From: a virus
Length of the DNA: 64,000 nucleotides
UHGV virus genome: UHGV-1364187
Reading direction: 5' to 3' (one strand)
Shown: piece by piece, positions 49,550 to 59,072 of the stretch
Position numbering within the stretch: the stretch's first letter is position 1
How the letters are laid out: the number at the start of each line of letters is the position of its first letter
Position numbers and translations under genes: made by a program
The notes under the pieces: model-generated
Databases searched by the model: none
What the model saw: only the letters and a program-made list of their open reading frames with translations
Told to the model about the DNA's origin: nothing

Positions 49550-50839
49550 ATGAGTCAAAAGTTTGACATATTAACTAAAGAAGAAGTTCAATATTTATGT
49601 GGATTAATACGTAAAGTTGTAACTGTTTCTGAAGCAATTGATGATATTAATCTTAGATCAGATGGGACTTTCTCATCTGTTAAGATTGATAACTTAATCA
49701 AATTAGCAAAACAAGAATGTAATGAATACTCTGATCAGGTATGTAGTGCATTAATTAAACTTACATGTAAGAAAACTACAGTACAACCTACATTAGATAA
49801 TTCAGAAACAAATGTAATCTATTTATATTCTGCAGATGGAAATGCTCCATTTGAACAATGGTTAAAGCTTTCAGATACAGAATTAGTAGATATGGGTAGT
49901 ACTACTATTACATTAGATGGATATTATACTATTGATCAATGTGATGGTAAATTTGCATTAAAAACAGATTTAGCAGATGTAGTTACTGCTGTTAATGAAA
50001 TTAAAAATACTATTGGTACTGATACTTTAAATACTACTGATAAAACATTAATTGGTGGTATTAATGAAGTAAAAGATTCAATAGATACTAAGATTGATAA
50101 ATCAAAAATTATTACTACTATTGATAGTTCTAGTACCGATGAACAAGTACCTAGTGCTAAAGTAACATATGATGAAATAAATTGTGGTAAAGAAATAAAC
50201 GATGATATTATTTCAAAATACGGAACAGAAATTTATAAATACCCAATAGGAAGATGGTATATTCCTACTGTTGAAATATATATGAAAATGACAGATTTGC
50301 CATCAAATTCAAAAACTGCATGTACAATAGATATATCATCAATAACACCACATAGAAATATAACAAGTCCTTGGTGTTACAGAAATATAGTTTTAAGATA
50401 TATTTGCACAAATTCTGGATATATGTATATAAGATCTTTTAATAGTGGTTCTACTGGTGGCGAAATAAATTCAGATAGTGGATGGGAAAGAGTTTGTACT
50501 ACAAAAGTTGATGATGTAAGCCCTACAAAGATTAATATTAATACGGCATATATATCAAATCCTATGTGTTATTATGAAGTAAAAAATGGTATATGTTATA
50601 TAAATATGATATCAGGCAATTATATAATACCTTCACAATTAGATGGAGTTACATTAGCTTCAGGATTGCCAAAACCATCGTTAAGTCAAATTACACACAC
50701 ATACAATCTTTGGAGCAATATAAATGCACAAGTAATATTATTTGTTACTGCTGAAAAACAATTGATTCTTCATGCAAATGCTGCAGCCAATGGTGGATGT
50801 GTATTTACTACATTCTCATATCCAGTAGCAGAATCTTAA
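49550..50839 (+). CDS. tail fibre protein (paralogue)
   Basis: YYTIDQCDGKFALKTDLADV motif. C-terminus TFSYPVAES. Confidence 0.6.
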   Translation: MSQKFDILTKEEVQYLCGLIRKVVTVSEAIDDINLRSDGTFSSVKIDNLIKLAKQECNEYSDQVCSALIKLTCKKTTVQPTLDNSETNVIYLYSADGNAPFEQWLKLSDTELVDMGSTTITLDGYYTIDQCDGKFALKTDLADVVTAVNEIKNTIGTDTLNTTDKTLIGGINEVKDSIDTKIDKSKIITTIDSSSTDEQVPSAKVTYDEINCGKEINDDIISKYGTEIYKYPIGRWYIPTVEIYMKMTDLPSNSKTACTIDISSITPHRNITSPWCYRNIVLRYICTNSGYMYIRSFNSGSTGGEINSDSGWERVCTTKVDDVSPTKININTAYISNPMCYYEVKNGICYINMISGNYIIPSQLDGVTLASGLPKPSLSQITHTYNLWSNINAQVILFVTAEKQLILHANAAANGGCVFTTFSYPVAES

Positions 50840-50859
50840 AATGTCATACAAAACATTAA

Positions 50860-50896
50860 AATAAGAGTGAGAATAATCCCACTCTTATTTTTATTT
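50860..50896 (+). terminator. terminator hairpin
   Basis: aataagagtg/cactcttatt, then tttttattt. Confidence 0.55.
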
Positions 50897-50920
50897 CATA
50901 TACAAAGGAGTTGGTCTTTC

Positions 50921-52549
50921 ATGACTAAAAATTACAAAGTTTCAAAGAACATTATAAGCAATAAACTAAAACTCACTAATGTTGTACATAATAGTTTGTC
51001 TAAATTAAATATTTATGCACAAACAAACAGAAAAACATTACATAATGATTTTGAAAAGAATATTGTATTATCTGTAAATGATAAAGAATACAATATTCAA
51101 CTTCCAGTCCCTATGTATGGTATTGAATTATTTAGGGACTATGTAGATATAATTAATAAAAAATTATATAAAAAGGTATCTAAAAGAATTATTAATGGAT
51201 CAGAAAATATCTTTTCAATTCAGGTATGCAGTACTGTTGTAAAAATTTGTATCAAACTAGATCCAACTACAAATTATATTTCAAGAAATGAAGAAAGGAC
51301 TATAATGTATAGTAAAATCAACGGAGTAAAAGAAGTATCTGTTTATAATAGAGATTTCAATATTACTTTATCAAAAGATGTTCTTTCTGAATATACAGAG
51401 AATGGAGTAAAATCTTTCTTAAAAGAAAATAATCTTGTTATATACTACATTAATAAAGTTTATAAAGAATATGATTTAGATATAGAAGATATAAATTTAG
51501 TAGATGGAGAAAACGAAATATCTATTAACGGTACAGAAGAAAATGGAATTGAAATCGAATATGTTTCAACTGTAGAGCCAGAAGAAAAAATATTTAAACC
51601 TAGATTTTGTAGCGTATTAGATTTCGTAGCCACACCAGCAGATGCTAAGGGTGGTATGAGATATTGTCAAGAGACATTATATAATGAAGATATTGAAGTA
51701 TTTAATTCTCTTAAAATAACAGATGATCCATCTATTCTTGTTGTAGACTGTTATTACAACGAAGAGACAGATGAGATGTATCTATTAAAAGATAAAGATT
51801 GGTATGTAACAAATTATGCAAGTAAATATATTGATAATGGAATTAATATAGACAAAATTAAGTTACATACATTCTTCTATAATGGAGGATTAGGAAATTC
51901 AGAATATATAAGACAAGTAATTGGTAGAGATAAATTTAAAGAAAAATATGATAAGATTCTTGACGATGTAATTTATATCGCAGATAATCTAAGAGACAAA
52001 GATGGAAATAAATATATCAAAGATATTATCTTATTTAACGAATTAGATGCTTTATTCCATGATGATGAACTTACAGACTATGTTATTGATTCTGTTAATA
52101 AGATAAAAGCATTAGGATATAATTCAGGTGTATCAAATGCAAGCCCTCTTAATTTCAAGAACAATGATGAAAGATTGAAAGAAGCTTCATCTAAATTCTA
52201 TATCAACTGGTATATTAAAATTCAAGATAATAATCATGTAGTTGATATTGATAAAGTTGTAGAAAATGTAAGAAATTCAAGAGAAATAAAGATTCTTGAA
52301 GAATTTACGAAGAAATATAATAAGAAAGTGTTTATTAGTGAAACAGGAGTATTAGATGATTGGGAATATCTTCATTGCCCAACTAGATATGGATTTACAA
52401 ATGTAACACCTTCATATGGAGAGACTGAAAATATTTACTTAAACATGATGTTTAAGGCATTAAACTTAGATTATATCGAAGGTGTATGCTATTGGTGGTA
52501 TATGGGTTATAATAAACTCATTAATCCAATTCAAGAATATACTAAATAA
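50921..52549 (+). CDS. glycoside-hydrolase-like protein (TIM-barrel, NE...E type), putative virion-associated polysaccharide depolymerase
   Basis: FNELDA (acid/base NE) and VFISETG (nucleophile E) lie about 130 aa apart, as in clan GH-A enzymes. ATG at 50921 after AAAGGAG. The ORF opens at 50867, inside the terminator. Confidence 0.5.
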   Translation: MTKNYKVSKNIISNKLKLTNVVHNSLSKLNIYAQTNRKTLHNDFEKNIVLSVNDKEYNIQLPVPMYGIELFRDYVDIINKKLYKKVSKRIINGSENIFSIQVCSTVVKICIKLDPTTNYISRNEERTIMYSKINGVKEVSVYNRDFNITLSKDVLSEYTENGVKSFLKENNLVIYYINKVYKEYDLDIEDINLVDGENEISINGTEENGIEIEYVSTVEPEEKIFKPRFCSVLDFVATPADAKGGMRYCQETLYNEDIEVFNSLKITDDPSILVVDCYYNEETDEMYLLKDKDWYVTNYASKYIDNGINIDKIKLHTFFYNGGLGNSEYIRQVIGRDKFKEKYDKILDDVIYIADNLRDKDGNKYIKDIILFNELDALFHDDELTDYVIDSVNKIKALGYNSGVSNASPLNFKNNDERLKEASSKFYINWYIKIQDNNHVVDIDKVVENVRNSREIKILEEFTKKYNKKVFISETGVLDDWEYLHCPTRYGFTNVTPSYGETENIYLNMMFKALNLDYIEGVCYWWYMGYNKLINPIQEYTK

Positions 52550-52564
52550 GGGAGTTGATCTTTT

Positions 52565-53521
52565 ATGACTAAATATGATAATTTAGTTGCAGCGTGCTTA
52601 TACTTGGTCTAATTTATGGTCCACATGGAGAATGTAGCCGTAGAGAACGAACCTGACGATATAGATAAGCAGATTAAAATGATTAAAGATCATAATATAA
52701 ATAAAGCACAAATTGTGCTTACTTTAGGACTAGATGATGGCGAAACAAGTAAACATAAAGGATTGTATATCGCTGGTCCTAAAAATTATGACACATCAGA
52801 TTATTTATTTAAAAGATTGGAAGAAGAAAATATAAGCATATAATTATTAAAAATCCATTTTAATTATACTGGAGTGAAGGATTGTGATAAATGGATTTCT
52901 AATACATTAGGTTCTTTAAAGGAATTTTCTAATTACTACCACGATAAAGTAATTGAAATTGCTGAAAGATATAAAGGTAGAATAGAAAATATATGCCCTT
53001 GGAATGAAACAGGATGGGGTAGTAGAGGAAATTATATCCCATTTATTAAAGATACAATTGATGATTTACATAAATTAGGATATAAAGTCACAATGAGTAC
53101 GATGGGCTTTACTGAACTTGTAGAAATTGATAAAGAAATATTAGATAAACTTGATTTCTTTAGTTGTAATAATTATCCTCACGGTTCAGTAAAAGGTAAA
53201 AAAATGTACACCAAAAGATACGGCTCAAGCATTTAGAAATTATGAGTTTGATCCATTAACAGTATATAATTGGTGTAAAAAGAATTATCCTAACAAAAAA
53301 GTATGGATAACAGAAAGTGGAACTTTTGATTCTAGTAAGCATGTGTTATTACCAGCTCTTTCTGATCCAAATATTGCAGATGGAAATAAAGAGGCTAATG
53401 GTAAAATACAAGCAAATTATTTAGATGCATTATTTACACTATATGTAAACAAATTTGAAAGAATTTGTTGGTGGTGGAAAATGGAATGTGAAGAAACTAA
53501 AAAATTATTAGGAGTAAATTA
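52565..53521 (+). pseudogene. decayed paralogue of the GH-like gene (N-terminal truncation, in-frame TAA, +1 frameshift at an A7 tract)
   Basis: Pieces 52565-52612, 52616-52843, 52874-53236 and 53222-53521 together read ICPWNETGW...VWITESG, parallel to the NE...ISETG of the intact copy. A TAA at 52841-52843 and a frame change at the A7 run (53198-53204) interrupt it. Confidence 0.55.
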
Positions 53522-53522
53522 A

Positions 53523-54170
53523 AATGACTACAATTAATAGTGATGATTTAGATTTTATCAAAGGAATGACAGTATCAAATATTTTCGATGGAGTAACTGA
53601 GCCTTTTACTTCTGTAACTATCAAAGATGATTTATATACTAAACTTTTTACAATTCAAACTCATAATAATGACCATAATGATATTGATCCTTGAGAACAA
53701 TTATTTGTTGTAGATTTTATCAATTATAGATACAAAGCAAATGGGTATGAATTAAATAAAATACCATATACTGGTATTGAAGATTTTAAGATAATTATAA
53801 ATATTAATACAAATCCAAATAATTTCCATTGTACTTATGCTTGTACAAATAAAAAAAACCATTTATTGATATTATAGCTTTAAGAACAGATGATAATAAA
53901 GTAGATTTCTATGGACTTAATAGAGTAAATGGTACTAGATTATTAAGTAGATTAAGTATTGGAAATATTTCATGTATTGATTTTTATAGAGTAGACTATA
54001 TAAAAGAACATGAATGGACTGATACGATAACAAGTGAAAAGAAAAATGATAAAGAAAGATATATTAAATGCTACTATCCTAACGTCGCTTATATGAGCGG
54101 TATTACAAATAAGATAACAGCTTTAGAAAATAGGGTAAAAGAACTAGAAGAAAAATTAACAGTTTCATAA
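53523..54170 (+). pseudogene. disrupted gene of about 216 aa (in-frame TGA at 53692-53694, frameshift at the A8 tract 53851-53858)
   Basis: Coding-like sequence with an RBS and ATG at 53523. Inserting one A at the A8 tract restores a continuous frame to the TAA at 54168. Confidence 0.45.
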
Positions 54171-54201
54171 GAAAATAAATAATACGAAGGAGTTGTTTAT
54201 A

Positions 54202-55563
54202 ATGGAAAATATTTTAAATGTAAAAGATTTTGGTGCATCTGGAAATGGTGTTGATAATGACACAGAAGCTATTAAAGAAGCATTAAAAACTATGGAAGAA
54301 AACGGTGATGATAAAATATATTTTCCTAAAGGAGATTATATTGTAGATTATGATGTAGAATTTAAAAACTTTGTTGGTGAAGGTACTATTACATTTAATG
54401 GTATGGTAATTGAACCTTTTAAATCTCATTCACAAGGAAAGAAAATTAAAATTAAAGATCTTCATGATGAAGTTAATATGGCTATGCAAGTTCCAAATGA
54501 AGTTGGATGTATAGAAAAGATTGATAAAAGAAAAAGAAATTGTGGAGCATGGCAATTAGATGATTTTTCATTCAAATCTTATAAATATACATCAAGACAA
54601 CGTGTTAATACTTGGGGCGTTGTTAGAGTGTGTGATATTAATAAAGTCCCAGATAAAGCTACATTTAAAATTGGACATATGCATACTCTTGGATATATCA
54701 AATCATTACAAAAATGGGTTATGCTTGGTACAAGTAGAGTAGCTGGAGGATATTGGGCTAGAGGGAACAATTATGTAGGAAACTTAGATATTAAATTTGA
54801 TAAATTTGGTAATGGACTTGTAGAATACGATAAAGAAACTAGAGGCGAATTAGGACTTCATTTCTGGGGTGATGTAATTCATGTAAAAGAAAAATGTCAA
54901 TATAAGTGGGATGATATTCAGAATGTAGTATGTGTATATGATATTTCTGTTACAAGTTCTACTGGAAGTGTAGAAGGTGCATGGTTTGGTTATTCAGGCG
55001 GAGATGCTAAACATGATGATTCTTCAAGAAATTATCTTGATGATGAAAACTCTATTCTAGAAATGTGTAGTGGTAGAGCAAAATTCTTACATAATTATCC
55101 TGTTAGACTATATTCTAATACATTAGATTATCCATCTAGTATGGAATATTGTAGCCAAGAATTAATCGATAATATTATTGGAGAAACTGTACATAATAAA
55201 CAAGTAGTGAATTATAGTGTAGACTTTAATACACTTATTATAGAAGGAGATTATAATGTTTGTGCAACAAATTGTGTGCATTCACCAAGATCAACTGGAT
55301 ATAATATTGGTGTATTAAATGTAAAAACAATCGATGGATATATAATTCAAGAATTTACAGAAAATAAAAATAATGAAAAGATTACTATTTTCAAAAGAAT
55401 GTATATCCAATATCATGGATGGACATCTTGGTGTACAATTCCTAAGATTTATGAAAGACCAAAGATGGGAAGTAAATGTACAGATTTAGATAGTTGTATT
55501 GAGCTTACTAATAAAATCGCTCAAGGTTTAGCAGATTTATATATTTTACAATTCGGTGAATAA
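54202..55563 (+). CDS. right-handed beta-helix (pectate-lyase-fold) tailspike/depolymerase
   Basis: The N-terminus VKDFGASGNGVDNDTEAIKEAL is the canonical pectate-lyase-3/tailspike signature. Confidence 0.65.
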   Translation: MENILNVKDFGASGNGVDNDTEAIKEALKTMEENGDDKIYFPKGDYIVDYDVEFKNFVGEGTITFNGMVIEPFKSHSQGKKIKIKDLHDEVNMAMQVPNEVGCIEKIDKRKRNCGAWQLDDFSFKSYKYTSRQRVNTWGVVRVCDINKVPDKATFKIGHMHTLGYIKSLQKWVMLGTSRVAGGYWARGNNYVGNLDIKFDKFGNGLVEYDKETRGELGLHFWGDVIHVKEKCQYKWDDIQNVVCVYDISVTSSTGSVEGAWFGYSGGDAKHDDSSRNYLDDENSILEMCSGRAKFLHNYPVRLYSNTLDYPSSMEYCSQELIDNIIGETVHNKQVVNYSVDFNTLIIEGDYNVCATNCVHSPRSTGYNIGVLNVKTIDGYIIQEFTENKNNEKITIFKRMYIQYHGWTSWCTIPKIYERPKMGSKCTDLDSCIELTNKIAQGLADLYILQFGE

Positions 55564-55568
55564 AAAAA

Positions 55569-55610
55569 ATATATGATAACCAATTAAATTTGGTTATCAT
55601 ATATATTTCA
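55569..55610 (+). terminator. terminator hairpin
   Basis: 14-bp stem atatatgataacca/tggttatcatatat. Confidence 0.5.
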
Positions 55611-55637
55611 CATTATATTAAAAGGAGTGTGATAACT

Positions 55638-56552
55638 ATGCAACAAAGAGGGATAACTAGAAACAATCTTTCTAAAGAATTAAACGCTGAATTAGACTCA
55701 ATAAAAAGTTCAGCACCTACAAATGTGTATACAAAAATAGAAGTAGATACATTATTATTAAATAAAGTAGACACTGTAATTGATAAAGATTTATCTACAA
55801 ATGATTATACAAATAATGATAAATCTAAAGTTGACCTAATACAAAATACTGGAGATGGATCATTATATTTTAATAATGCTGGTGGATATAGTGCACCACC
55901 ATCATCAGATGGTAAAGTAAAATTATCATCAACATCTACAGATTCACATTATCTAGATCAATTGATAGATGGTATTACATTAGTAGTAGAAAATGAAAAG
56001 ATTATAGCTAAAACACTTGATGGGTTAAATGTGACTATAGCTGAATTAAATTTTGTTAAAGGTGTTACATCTAGTATACAAGATCAAATTAATGCATTAT
56101 CAAAACCAATGACAATGTATGGTGTATATAATACACATGCAGATTTATTAACTGCTAGTGCAACAACTACACCTACAGATGGATCAACAGCTATAATAAT
56201 AGCCGATGAAAATAATTCAGGAAAACAATGGACTTATATATACATTGATTCTCTATCATCATGGAAACCTGTTTCTGAATCAAATGTAGTATTACGAGAC
56301 TTTACAACTAACCCTATTGATCTAACTAAAGAAGTTACAGGAGTATTACCATTAACTAATATCGATACAACAAATCTAACATTAAAGACAGATTTAGAAG
56401 ATTATCTTAAATCTGATAATTTAATTGCTGGTAGTGGAATTACGTTGACTTTGGATTCTTCTACTGGTCAAATTACAATTTCTTCTTCTGGAAGCAGTAT
56501 TGATACATCATATACTGATACGGATGTTGATGATGTAATTAATTCATTATGA
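55638..56552 (+). CDS. tail-fibre-family protein
   Basis: MQQRGITRNNLSKELNAELD is paralogous to 43131-43886. VYTKIEVDTLLLNKVD motif. Confidence 0.55.
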   Translation: MQQRGITRNNLSKELNAELDSIKSSAPTNVYTKIEVDTLLLNKVDTVIDKDLSTNDYTNNDKSKVDLIQNTGDGSLYFNNAGGYSAPPSSDGKVKLSSTSTDSHYLDQLIDGITLVVENEKIIAKTLDGLNVTIAELNFVKGVTSSIQDQINALSKPMTMYGVYNTHADLLTASATTTPTDGSTAIIIADENNSGKQWTYIYIDSLSSWKPVSESNVVLRDFTTNPIDLTKEVTGVLPLTNIDTTNLTLKTDLEDYLKSDNLIAGSGITLTLDSSTGQITISSSGSSIDTSYTDTDVDDVINSL

Positions 56553-56629
56553 TAAATATACAAGTATCTATATAGGTACTTGTATATTTAAAACATCTAA
56601 TTAAATATCATAAAAAGGAGGAGACTTAT

Positions 56630-57760
56630 ATGGAACTAAATATCAAAAATTTCATAAGAGATGTACTTAAAAAGTACGACACCAGAGTAGATACAAAGTT
56701 ATCAAATTTAAATATATCTACTGATTATACAAGTTTATCAAATAAACCTACATTAAATGGTGTAGAAATATCTGGTAATAAATCATCATCAGATTACAAT
56801 TTAATTGGAGAAGATCATGACTCTTCAACAACAGCTCATAGTGATATTAGATCATTAATATCCACTAATAAAACTACTATAGATTCACACACATCAAATA
56901 CAGATCTACATGTTTCTAGTTCAGATAGAAATTTGCTTACAGCATTAAACCATAATAAAGGTACATTTGAATCAGAGACATTATTACGTGCAGCATATCC
57001 AACAGCATCTAGTGGAGATTATTGCGTTTGTTATAATGGAACTAACTATACTGTTTGGACATACAGTACAGATTGGGTTGATACTGGACAATTAGGAAAT
57101 GTAACATCAGTAAATAATCTTACAGGAGATATTACATTAGATTCTAATAATGTAAATTACGAAACTGGTATTACATTAAAAACAAAGATAGATCAAAATC
57201 AATCCGATATACAGACATCTATAGGAGATTTATCAGCATTACAAACTGTAGATAAAACTTCTATTGTTAATGCAATTAACGAGGTTTTTCTAGAAGTCGA
57301 TAATGGGAAGACTTTATTGGCTAGTGCCATTACCGACAAAGGAGTTACTACTAGCAAAGATGATGAATTTAATACTATGCTAGGAAATCTATATAGTATT
57401 AAATCTGGAAATAATAATAAAGCAATTGTCACTTCTATATTAAGTGAGAATTCTAATAATTATACGCAAATCATGACAAAAGAAAAATACACAGTATATG
57501 CAGAAACTATATATAATGTAGACTCTGTATATACTGATAATGGAAATGGTAGTATAACTATAGACAACGATTATACAACAGTATCATGTTTAGGGTATAT
57601 TACTGTTCTAGATGAAACAAATAAACCAGTTTTTATGAAACCAAATGACAGTAATATGTATTACATGTTATCGTATATGATAGTTATAGATAGTTCTGGA
57701 AACCAAACTACTGGATTATCTGGATTAAAAGTATTGCCTCGACCATGTGTAATATTATAG
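56630..57760 (+). CDS. tail fibre-like protein
   Basis: 376-aa ORF in the fibre array. Confidence 0.5.
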   Translation: MELNIKNFIRDVLKKYDTRVDTKLSNLNISTDYTSLSNKPTLNGVEISGNKSSSDYNLIGEDHDSSTTAHSDIRSLISTNKTTIDSHTSNTDLHVSSSDRNLLTALNHNKGTFESETLLRAAYPTASSGDYCVCYNGTNYTVWTYSTDWVDTGQLGNVTSVNNLTGDITLDSNNVNYETGITLKTKIDQNQSDIQTSIGDLSALQTVDKTSIVNAINEVFLEVDNGKTLLASAITDKGVTTSKDDEFNTMLGNLYSIKSGNNNKAIVTSILSENSNNYTQIMTKEKYTVYAETIYNVDSVYTDNGNGSITIDNDYTTVSCLGYITVLDETNKPVFMKPNDSNMYYMLSYMIVIDSSGNQTTGLSGLKVLPRPCVIL

Positions 57761-57771
57761 GAGAAATAACA

Positions 57772-59028
57772 ATGAACTTAGTTACTAAAATTAATGACAT
57801 AACAGAAATATCTAAAATTAATAAAAATACATTTATAAAAGAATTACAAAATAAAGGATTTGATATTGATGATAATGCAACATACAAAGATATATCTAAT
57901 TATATAAACAAAATAGATATTACTAATAATAATATTCATCTAAATGGTATTTCAACATCATTTATAAATTCTGAATGGGTAGAGCTTAGTTCTCTACCAT
58001 CAGATTTTATAAAACATAAATCTGTAGTATACAATGGAGATATTCATATATTAGGGGGAGATGGAACTAAAAATTCCACTCTTCATTATAAATATGATGG
58101 AACTTCATGGACAAAAGTATCAACATTACCATTTGTATTTATAGATGGTCAGGCTGTAGTGTATAGAGATTGTATACATATAATAGGATCTTCATACAAT
58201 TCGACAGTAAGACCATATCATTATAGATATAACGGAACTTCATGGACAAAATTAACAAATTCACCAGCATCATACCCATATGGAGGATATGCAGTTAATC
58301 ATAACGATAAAATTCATTCTATTGGTGGAACTTATACTTATAACGATAGACATTATACATGGAACGGATCAAAATGGACATCTATAAAATCTGTACCTTT
58401 TGATACAAGATATGGTTGTGGTGTAAGTTATAATAATCACATATATGCAATTGGGAGTAGTATATCATCTAGTAAAAACAGATGGTCTAGATGGTCAGAT
58501 GAAACTTCTAGTTGGGATGATATAAAAACATTATCGGCTTCTTATACAAATGCATATGCTGTTGTATATAATAATAGTCTACATTTACTTGGTGGTTCAG
58601 AAACGAAAAGACATTATTCATTTAATGGATCTAAATGGACTTTAGAAACTACACATGAAAATTTATTATATTATGGTGCATGTGTTATTTGGAATGAACA
58701 ATTTCATATATTAGGTGGAACTGGTACAGAAAATAAACACTATGTTTTATCTAATATAACAGTAAATAATACAATAATAGTAAAAAATACTTCAACTATT
58801 TATCATGAATCTACAGAACCTACAATAACAAAGATAAATGATGAATATGATTGTATTACGTATGTTAAAGATGAATATTTAACCATTAAAGATAATGATA
58901 AAATAACATTTATTCATTCTAATAAAGATAATAAGTGTTATTTACCAAAAGGAAGTAAGATAAACGGTAATATACAAGATATATATGGTGTAATTGATTA
59001 CCCAAATTATCCATGTATTATCGAGTAA
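57772..59028 (+). CDS. Kelch-repeat beta-propeller protein (putative receptor-binding protein)
   Basis: At least 6 repeats of the form hhhYNN-x-IHhhGG....HYKYDGTSWTKVSTLPF. N- and C-terminal domains are shared with 59073-61118. Confidence 0.6.
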   Translation: MNLVTKINDITEISKINKNTFIKELQNKGFDIDDNATYKDISNYINKIDITNNNIHLNGISTSFINSEWVELSSLPSDFIKHKSVVYNGDIHILGGDGTKNSTLHYKYDGTSWTKVSTLPFVFIDGQAVVYRDCIHIIGSSYNSTVRPYHYRYNGTSWTKLTNSPASYPYGGYAVNHNDKIHSIGGTYTYNDRHYTWNGSKWTSIKSVPFDTRYGCGVSYNNHIYAIGSSISSSKNRWSRWSDETSSWDDIKTLSASYTNAYAVVYNNSLHLLGGSETKRHYSFNGSKWTLETTHENLLYYGACVIWNEQFHILGGTGTENKHYVLSNITVNNTIIVKNTSTIYHESTEPTITKINDEYDCITYVKDEYLTIKDNDKITFIHSNKDNKCYLPKGSKINGNIQDIYGVIDYPNYPCIIE

Positions 59029-59072
59029 CATAAGTTAATATTTTTTATAAACAGGAATTGGGGGTGATAAAT

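Noticed and set aside
40811-50839. Diversity-generating retroelement acting on the tail-fibre paralogues
   Set aside because: No reverse transcriptase gene or template repeat is visible. Differences between paralogues are not confined to adenines.
3273-57432. Numerous 60-145-aa ORFs antisense to, or nested inside, larger genes. Examples are 3273-3464, 3981-4292, 4013-4225, 5819-6127, 6306-6500, 7591-7779, 8902-9159, 9188-9382, 9945-10322, 11130-11336, 12738-12923, 13709-13948, 14854-15222, 16073-16267, 16577-16846, 18779-19210, 20297-20491, 21433-21636, 22896-23216, 24666-24896, 25212-25526, 28078-28275, 29607-29927, 30492-30707, 30826-31017, 33214-33402, 35144-35371, 36640-36864, 38656-38970, 39830-40027, 40286-40582, 40598-40780, 48524-48724, 54560-54770, 57199-57432 and 62394-62603.
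   Set aside because: They lie opposite well-supported genes, have no RBS and have low-complexity I/L/F/Y-rich composition, as expected from reading AT-rich coding DNA in the wrong frame or strand. 24666-24896 lies inside the recA intron.
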